A stretch of 64,000 nt of DNA from Zygnema circumcarinatum SAG 698-1b (Eukaryota; Plantae; Zygnematophyceae). Below are positions 50,036-64,000 of this stretch, piece by piece. The stretch's first letter is position 1; each line of letters begins with the position of its first letter. Position numbers and translations under genes: made by a program. The stretch lies in the NCBI GenBank assembly GCA_037447605.1, contig CM074811.1, positions 2,790,001 through 2,854,000 of the forward strand, written 5' to 3'. Below the pieces are notes generated by a model. It was not told where the DNA came from, made no database searches, and saw nothing but the letters and a program-made list of their open reading frames with translations.

Positions 50036-51677
50036 GGCGGCGTCCTTACGAGGGGGGAGAGGGAGGGGGAGAGGGCGAGGGAGGCGGAGGCTCTGTGAGA
50101 GGCTAAGGGCGGGAGGGGAGGAAGTGACCCCTCTCCCCGCTGGGAGGTCCGTACGGCTTGGGCGGGAAGCTTCATATGGACGCAGCTTAACGGCCTGTTA
50201 TCCTGTCAGGGACGAGGGATACATGTTGGCTTCCAGTTAAACTGGCTGTAAAACTGTGAGAAAGGATGTGAATTGAACAGGAAAGTTATTTGTTCGAGGA
50301 TCGACAGGTACTATCAGCGAGGTGAAACTTTTTTTGCACGTGTGGAGGACTACGGGCAGCTGCTGAAAATGACGACGGTACTGAAAGAAGGGCAGCTTTT
50401 TTGGAATACAGTAAAACGTTTTCAGGTTTCAAGATAAAAAAAAAAGGTTGACTACGAAAAGGGAAAAGTTTGGTCAAGCACCGCCTGCCCTTAAAAAAAT
50501 TCCAAGTCAAACTCGGTCAGACCACCGACGGCTGAGATGCCTCTACATACTGTGAGCGCATCGTGGCCGTCCGTACACCCTAGTCGAGACGGCCTTTCAC
50601 TAGCCAGAGTCCTAGAAAGTGATATTATCGTTTTTAATTTTCTGCCCGCTGCCCGCTTCCCGCCCCCGAGGATATTCTTCTCCGTACAGTACCAATTGGC
50701 TTGACTTTTTTTCTGGTACGAATATCGGATTCCACCGTGGCAAGAAGAAGACCGCTTAGTGACACACGGAATTTGTTAAGGAACACGTGCCAAATGTAAT
50801 TCCGGTCAATCAGATGTCGCCAGTTGGCACTGTTCACGTTGACCTGGAAGGGCAGCTGACAGAGCCGTACAGAATGCCAACTGCTCCACCGTGCGGTCTC
50901 GTTTGTCGTACTGTATGGGGAAAGTCGGTAGATCCTGTACGGACATCTGTCTTGAATTGTTCAATTCAGTTGAATTGTTCAATTCAGTGGAATTGGTTTG
51001 ACCAGAGCATTGGTCAACACAACGTTGTTTTCATGTCCACCATGAAGCAAGCATGCCGTGTTCACATTAATAAATGTGCCACGTGGCACTACACATGCCT
51101 AGACATCCCCATGCGTAGTTTTGTGGCGCCATGTTCCCAAAGTTTCTAGACCTTTCTTGTGGCAGGTTTTGGGTGACCGCTGAACCCTGAACCCATGCAG
51201 CCGCCTCCTTCCTCCCTCCCGTTCAGGGCGAGGCCCCGCCGCTTCGAAAGGACCGGTCGACAGTGACTGCATGGCCGCCGGCAATTGCTATCGTGACGTG
51301 GCCCTCTTTACCGCCGCTGACCGCCCCCCTTCAGCCCCTCTCTCCGCTGTGGCTCACTTCCTTCTCCCTCCTCCCTCCTCCCTCCTGTCTCTCGACGACT
51401 TATCATCTCGTTTCCTCTGCCCCGCTGAGCGGGCTTCAATTGCAATTCCAGGTCTTATCGCTGTGTTCTGCATCTCTATATGTTCAATACCTCTAAGCCT
51501 GTCCACATGCTTCTATTGAGCGAGTTCGATGTCTGAGTGAAATGAGAAGATGTACATTTGCATTTGGTTTTGGCTGGATGGGTTAAAGTGACTTCGCCAT
51601 AAAACAGAATGATTCCCGTCTTCTTGACGTATCGCATAATGTGCTTTTTTTCGAGGAAGAAACAGACATATCAAGCT

Positions 51678-54553
51678 ATGCTCGCAGCACTCATCAGCGC
51701 AATTCTTTTAAGCAGCTACCAGAGTTTGGCATTGGCTGCATTTTTACCTTTCCAAAACAATATCTTTCACAAGCAATTCGTGAGGCGTACTCTACAGGAG
51801 TCGATCGCTTCTTTAACTGCTACAACTGGCACAATTGGAGTTAACTGGGGCTCATATTATATCACGGATCCACCTTCTCCTCAGCTGGTTTGAAATCTTT
51901 TCAGACTATTGTTTTCTTTAGACCTTAACCTCTAACTTTAACCTTTAAACTTGTACCAATGCTGAATTGCTGATAAAATGTTTCAGTGAAACTAAGGATC
52001 CACTCCGTTTTGTTGAACGTTTCGTTGACCCTAAAGGCTCCGAATCCCCCTTGATCCGTCCGTTTTGTGCCTTTACATTTTGCAGGTTGTAGAAGCAATC
52101 TTGGCATATGGGTTCACAAGTGTGAAGCTCTTCCAAACAATGGATGAAGAGGTGTCTGCAGCACTGGCGAACACCGGCCTTCAAGCAAGTGACACTTCCA
52201 ACCCCTCCCATTGAGATCTTTCCACTCTTTTTGGTTTCCAATGCAAGTACTTAAGCAATGTAATCGAACGCTTCACAGTTTGCAAATGAAGAAGTAAATG
52301 AACTAGTCCCGACAATTCCGCAACGGCATACAGTACGCTCATTCCAGATGAACATACCATGCACAGACACACCAATACAGCACCCTGTAAGACTTTGAAT
52401 TCAATAAAGAAGGTGCCGAATACAGCTCCTCCCATTGTAAAAGTCCCTCTCTTTCACACAGGTAACGGTGTATTTTGATCCGAGTGAATTCACTTCGGTG
52501 GCTGGAACTGCTTCCGTAGACGATGCCGTTGGGCTGTTTTCGACTCCGGACGGATTAGCTGCCGCCTCTGAATGGGTTCAGACCTATGTACAGAGTCCCC
52601 GGAATGAAGGGGTAGATGTGCGGATAGTGTGTGTGGGGAATGAGCCGGACTGGGCGAATGGGTGAGTCTATCTCATTCATCAAACGTATATTCAAAGTTT
52701 CAAGCGCATCGTGTCATGAAAATGTCAAATGAATGAGCTTACACTGATGGGTGCATTGTGTAAAGAAGTTAGTCTGCTGGATCAGGATAAGATATTTGCA
52801 TGTGAACTGTCGGAGTATGGAATAAGAATGGGCGATAACCGAAAAGTCATTTGAAGGTCCTTAGCTTTCTTGTTTGCAGGAATGACGCCGACTGGCTATT
52901 GATGCTGGCGAATGTACAGGGGGCTCTAAAAGCTCTTAACCTTGACAGCATTGTAAAGGCTACCATCCCTGTGAGAACTGAGATTTTAAGCACCAGCTTT
53001 CCACCTTCGGCAGGGACTTTCGATTCTACGATCTCTGAAATTCCTTCGCTTTTGCAGTTACTGAACGATACGGGCACACCATTCGCGGTAAGTGCACCTT
53101 ACCTTTTTATTTTAAAAGACCCTAAGAAACTCAAGAGTTTTGCTGTAGTGTCAGCCAAAGTATGCCTGCACTCTAGCGGGATACAATGACCCAATATTCA
53201 ATGATTCATTTATGAGAATACGGTTGCTATGGGCACAACACACTGTGCAGGTAAATCTGTACCCTTTCTTTGTGGGCTTTGATATATTGGCGGCTGGAGG
53301 AACCCTAAGCAGCTCCCAAATAAGGCTGTACACCTTTCAAGGAACCGCAGACGACTATCTCACAGACCCTTTGACGGGTTATATGTAAGCCTTTTCGGTC
53401 AATTGAAGTGAGCCAATGTTGCACTCTGAACGTAGCGCAGGTCAAGGCCCTTTAGGGCTTCAATCCCCATCGTCTTTCTTCTATGAGGATTGTGTATAGG
53501 TTAGAATGTGACTGCAAAAGAACAACAGGAATGTAATGTCACTATTGTCTAGTTGATCTCTTCCTCGCTCTCCCCCTCCCCCTCCCCCTACCTCTCCCTC
53601 TTCCTCTTCCTCTCCCGTTTCCTCCTCTCTCTTCTCTCCCGCCTGCATTTTCTTAGGTGACTGTCAGTCTGAAAATCTATCTGTTTGTATGGTTGTTTGG
53701 GGGGAGCAGCTACACGAACATGTTTGACTGCCAATACGACGCCGTGATAGCCGCCCTCAAGCAGGCAGGATTCCCCGCAATGGAAGTGATCGTGACAGAG
53801 AGCGGCTGGCCATCATCCGGATCGAGTCTCGCCACCCCTGAGTAGGCTTAGACTCGCCAATCAGCCTCTCACATCGTTGAATCAAAACCGGGCAAAGCAA
53901 TTGCACAGCTTTAGGGTTCTCGTTTTCTATGTTACATATCCCTATTCTAGAAAGCATCATCTCCTTTAGCTCGCGCATTCGTCTCAGAAAAAAGGGAACG
54001 GGAGCTTACTGGTTAAGGTTTTCGCCGTCAATGGTGTTTGGAAGCTGCCCTAGCTTTTTAAAAACTGTACCCTCATTTAAAGACTTATGAAATCACGCAC
54101 ATGCTGCATATCATTCTGCGTTTTATACCATATAATGACACACAGAAAACTCAATCCTGAGACCTCTACTCTCCTTTTCTTTCTCTGAATGGCGACTGCC
54201 TCTGCAGGCTCGCGCAAGCATACAACCGCAACCTCGTATTGCATCTATGGGAAGGAAACGGAACGCCGCTCCGCCCCAATAACGGCTCTGCTCCGACATA
54301 CATATTTGAGCTTTTTGATGAGCCCCTGAAGCCGGTCACAGACGGAGCCGTGGAACCCTTTTGGGGCATCGCCACCTTCAGCGAGGGCGAGCTCACCGCC
54401 AAATACAATTTCAGCGCAGAAGCGGACGGGTATTTGGAGGAGAGCGGGCAGTGGTCGGCCCCTGCTTCAGAGGGCCATCACTCCATCCAGCAAATGGATA
54501 TGATTCTTTTGTGTTTTCTTTGCGTTTTTATATTCTATTGTACGTGGTTGTGA
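51678..54553 (+). CDS. Glycoside hydrolase family 17 glucan endo-1,3-beta-glucosidase with hydrophobic C-terminus (start codon tentative)
   Basis: IGVNWG, VRIVCVGNEP (acid/base Glu), VNLYPFF, YTNMFDCQYDAVIAAL, VIVTESGWPSSG (nucleophile Glu), AQAYNRNL and TYIFELFDEPLKP...EPFWG. Signal-like MLAALISAILLSSYQSLALA. An extra upstream exon (51271-51451) is possible. Confidence 0.9.
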
Positions 54554-54706
54554 TAAAGCAAAGCCGGCTTAAGGTTTGGGGTTCTTTCTCTATGATTGAC
54601 GATTCAGTATGCTGGTGGCTGTTCTGGAAAAGGCTTCCTGCAAAGCCTCCCGAGCTGCTGTCAACCATAACAGTATGCATGGCATGGCATGGCATGGGAA
54701 GTTATG

Positions 54707-54769
54707 TGGCATTGATCTCATGATGGCGATGATGCCATCAAATGTACATGGACAAAATCAACATGGGGA
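54707..54769 (+). repeat. Short dispersed repeat core, copy 4
   Basis: tggcattgatctcatgatggcgatgatgccatcaaatgtacatggacaaaatcaacatgggga matches copies 1-3. Confidence 0.85.
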
Positions 54770-54860
54770 CAACAACAACGCAGCCCTCTCTAGAAGCAGC
54801 CGCCCATGGCATGGATGGCATGGCATGGCATATGATGTATGGCTATAACATGCATGCATG

Positions 54861-54940
54861 TATGTATGTATGTATGTATGTATGTATGTATGTATGTATG
54901 TATGTATGTATGTATGTATGTATGTATGTATGTATGTATG
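54861..54940. repeat. (TATG)20 microsatellite
   Basis: Perfect 80-bp run. Confidence 0.98.
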
Positions 54941-55830
54941 ACTTTTTGGAAGGCGAGAAAGCTAGGTTGGCCAAAGCTCCCATCAATGGTGACTAAAGGG
55001 TGAGACTTGACTCAAGGATGAAATGAGTGTTCAACAATCGCCATTGCTATCAAGTTCCATTCGAACTAGTCAAAAGCAAAACAACATCTCACGATATGTG
55101 GCGGAAGCCACGTTGTTTGATATCTCCTTCGCTTAAAAAAAAAAAAATCCTGATGCAGGAGGGAACTCCCGGCCACAAAATGCAGAAAGCCTTGTCATGT
55201 GCTTTTGGTTTGCCTTGGGACAAAGAAATAACGCGTTAGCGAGAACCACTCTAGCGAGAAGCGTTAAGAGGGGCGGTTTTGAGACTTAAACTCGAGACCT
55301 CTCGCCACCTACGCGAGAACCACACCACCAGACCCAACACCCTCCAGAACGCTGCAAGTTCTTGCAATTCAAAGTTTATTAATGTAGCAATTCTGAGCCC
55401 AATGGTCCTTTTCTCCCTTTCGTGCCTCAAAGCATGGTGCAGTAACAACCCAACGTATCCCATGCATAGTCCTGCTCTTGTTGGGGACGTGCTCTCTCAT
55501 GCGTTGAAATTGGACTTGGACTTTGCTCTTGCCATGTCTCACAGACGCCTTCACTTACACGGAGCAAATGGATTTCTCTCCACCTTAAAGCATGAACCTG
55601 ACCACAAGCTTTATCAAATATCTGGCCATGGGCAACTTCTGAGCTTTCACTTCACCATGTTTCGTCTAGGCAAACATGCGTCCAACATCGGAATATCGAG
55701 ATATCGGAATATTAAATATCGGAATGTATACTAATAGCGATACAAACGTACTGGATATTGGGGTCTCTCCCGATACGCGTCCGTTCGCTCCCTCTGGTCC
55801 CCTCCGCCCGTTCCCGCGGAGCTTGCAGCC

Positions 55831-60875
<5,045 letters not shown>

Positions 60876-62074
60876 CATGAGGGCACATGAAGGAAGAAGG
60901 TCCCACGACTGTTTCATCAAAGGAAAGTGGTAACGCGTTCTTGCTCTCACTCTGTGTATAGCTTCTTCGTCTGCGGCTTTAGGGTCTGCGTTTGCGCTTA
61001 GGATTGTAGGAGCGTCGCCTTTCATTCGTTGGAGTGCTCCTGCTGAGAATTAATATGTACATGTGAGACTGCGTAGCTCTTCTATGGACACGCGAAAAAG
61101 AGCATCGTCGTAGTATATAGCCTATCAACATTGTTCAGACATATTTGAGCTTTATATTGCCTTTTTACAAAAGTTGTTTACGATTTTAAGTTGTTAAACC
61201 CACTTGCTGAAGACATTACTGTGATATTATCGGTAATGATGTTGATGTTGTGAGTGGTTTACCTTCTGCACACTCACATTTTCTCAATATATGTCCCAGC
61301 TAACTACGTACAAGCAGGCATGCATATGGCTATTTCCATTCATACATCCATCTTCATATCTTATCTGGATGCAGATGGTTATACATCATCGGGCCCTTAA
61401 AAAATCAACCATTCTGTGGGTCCTTACTCAGACATTGTCATTTACGGTTACGCCCCCTGCACACGTGGCAGTAGCGCTCGTTTTGCACTTCTCTCACCAA
61501 TTTTCACAACAATTCCGTGCATGAATTTCTATTACATCAAATTTTAAAACGGAAAAATAAATGTAGGTATTATCTATTAAGCCGATCTACCCCACCCCGA
61601 CTGCTATTCCGTTGATTTCTGATTAAAGCCGCGCTAATCCCCCTAAACATTTTTTTACAATTAATTGACATAAGTTCCGCATTTGCACTTGTACGCTACC
61701 GCCTCACCACACATCCTTCCGTGCCCCCTCACTGCCTCCTCTCTCCATCCCCTCTCCCTCTCCTTCTCCTTTTCTTTCCACTCCAACCGCTTTCACTATC
61801 TCCAAACCAATCCCCTGAAAAAGCACTCGGCGAATTCCGACTTTCCCCTGCCAGACTAGGTCTTGCGATTTTGGCCAGTAAGTCCATTAAGCCTAATGGA
61901 CAGCGTACCCTTCTCTCTCCTTCGTCTCCCTATCTCCTCACCCTCTCCTCTCACTCCTCCCTTCCACTTCATAGCTAGTGCGAGGAGAAACCGATATTAT
62001 CATCCGACGACGTATTTGCCCTTCCAGCAGTGAAGGGCCCCGCTCCCTTCAAGAGATTCTGCCCAACAGCTCCC

Positions 62075-64000
62075 TTAGGCAGCGACCTCCTCAGGCCGCT
62101 CAACGGGAGGATTGGTGCAGACCAAGTTTCGATCTCCAAACACGTTGTCCACGCGCCCTGCACCAACCAAACGTTGACTTCGGTCAAATTCAAGCTTCGG
62201 CACAACCCCAATGAGCTCCTCTCCCCCTCTCCCTCCCTCGTTCCCCCCCCCCCCCTTCCCCCTCCTCTTCCCTCCCCCTGTTTCCCAAAACAAAAAAAGA
62301 GAAGGTGAGGAGGGGGATGGGAAAACATCCTGACGAACTTTGAGTGGTTATGGAGCTTTCCACTCATCTTAAGGTCAAGTCTACTTGATTTCACGGGCAT
62401 CGTGATCCACGTTAATACATTCGGGAAAGAGTACTGTCACATCATCCCCCTCCGTCACAACCCCTACAAGCCTCCTTTCTCTCTCCCTCTTCGCTCCCAC
62501 TACCACTACCGCGGGCAGTCCCAGCAAAAGCTCACCAGTAGTAGGCCAGAACTTTGATGCGCGGACCCAAGAGGCAGGGAAGGCAGCCTGCTCCCTCGAG
62601 TACGGCTTGCTCCACTCATCCGACAACACCAACGATGCGGTGTGGGGGGCGCCCTGCAGAGCACAAACTTACAAGTTTACTCTCATGCCCTCCAAAGATT
62701 CGCATTCTGCTTTAGTTATCATCTCAAGCACGATAACCAGTCTCTCCAAAGTAGCAAATGTGACTGTAAGAAATGGGCTTAGGGGTATTCCAGCAGTCTT
62801 ACCTTCAAAACGTTGTCCCACTTGCTGGCCTCTCCTGACTCGATAGCGCGAATCTCCTCCCGAATTGCAATCAAGGCATTGCAGAAGCGGTCAAGCTCCG
62901 CCTGCACAAAGTAGCATCATCTCCCTCTTAACCATGATAGACATACCCCCCACCTTACAAAGAAGCTGCATGCTGTTTCATTCTCATCATGCAAATATGT
63001 GCCTAGCTTTTTAACCCAACCCAATTACTGGGGAAAACAGGAGTGTGTTTGATAACCTAGAAAGGCAGAGTTACTTCAATTGATGTCTATGCATCGAGGG
63101 AGTTAGAAGCCCCTCTCACCTTGCTCTCTGACTCAGTGGGCTCGATCATGAGAGTGCCGGGAACAGGCCATGACATGGTAGGTGCGTGGTATCCATAGTC
63201 CATCAACCGTTTAGCCACATCCTCTGCCTCTACACCAGCCGTATTCTGCACAAAGCAATTTTCCAAGGTTAGGAAAACGGCTCTCAAGTTGCTGCGGGAG
63301 TCAACACAATGCTGTAAACACTATAAGCTAAGCTCAGAGAATGAAGGAGGCAAAGTGCGAGAGCAACTTCCCTAAGAGGTCGCTCGCTTCACTAGCGAGA
63401 GGGTATGGAACCCATTGCCAAGTCGAGCCAGCTATATGGAGTTTATAGCGTTCTATTACGCAGTATTGTGAGGGAAAAACATAATTACCTTGAATTCACG
63501 TAAGTCAATGATGAACTCGTGCGCACAAGTGCCATTAACACCACGGAAGAGCACAGGAAAGTGGTCCTGAATGCCCCCAAAACAAAGCTTTGAATTAGCA
63601 GCCAACTCAGCAAACTCGATTCCCATTCACTCGGTACCTCCAGCAACATAAAAAAAAGAGCATAGCATTGGAAATGCACGTTTCAGCTGAATGACAATAT
63701 GGGAACCAAAACCATTGGAAACTTCAGACATAAAGAGGCTTCTTGCTAGGGATATCCCCTTACCGAACAAACTAGCCACCACAAACATATGCAACATGAT
63801 GGAACCTCACCTCCAGTCGCTTCGCCATGTAGTTGGCACTGAGAATGGCCAATTTTGAGGCCTGCGTGAGGCCTTCAGAGCCCATCATAGCAATGTACAT
63901 AAACGAGATGGGGAGAATGAGAGCTGAACCGAAGGGAGCTGCAGAGATAGTTCCAAGCGGCTTCAGGGTCTCAGCAGGGGCAGGGAATCCTCCGGTGGGC
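62075..64000 (-). CDS. GLDP: Glycine dehydrogenase (decarboxylating), glycine cleavage P protein, 3' exons (5' part off window)
   Basis: [25 protein letters not shown]...[13 protein letters not shown]|[58 protein letters not shown]|[38 protein letters not shown]|[13 protein letters not shown]; TAA at 62075-62077. Confidence 0.96.

Overview
Eukaryotic, intron-rich nuclear DNA with plant-type proteins, GT-AG introns and many (CT)n/(CCCT)n tracts. It is probably a streptophyte green alga such as a zygnematophyte, but that assignment is inference. Recognisable genes in order: a ZYP1-like synaptonemal-complex coiled-coil gene (-, runs off the left edge), TELO2 (+), a secreted LRR protein gene (-), CABIN1 (+), GDP-mannose 4,6-dehydratase (+), a small Pro-rich membrane protein (-), a GH17 beta-1,3-glucanase (+), ALDH7B (+) and the 3' end of glycine decarboxylase P (-). 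The main result is at 17.9-22.3 kb. What looks like a ~200-bp satellite (19.2-21.4 kb) is, on the minus strand, an array of 11 tandemly duplicated intron+exon units. Each unit carries an intact 72-nt, phase-2/phase-2 exon encoding exactly one 24-aa plant-type LRR. The ORF track misses all of these exons. They sit in a 17-exon gene: signal peptide, LRRNT, 13 one-exon LRRs, a Cys-rich EGF-like module and a Pro-rich tail, with no TM segment or kinase. Between recent duplicates the introns are more similar (~90%) than the exons (~81-85%), and amino-acid changes cluster on the ligand-facing LRR positions. This suggests a rapidly diversifying, exon-modular recognition protein. The gene lies next to a recent partial copy of CABIN1 and between two copies of a dispersed repeat. 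All alignments and counts were done by eye; no database searches were run.
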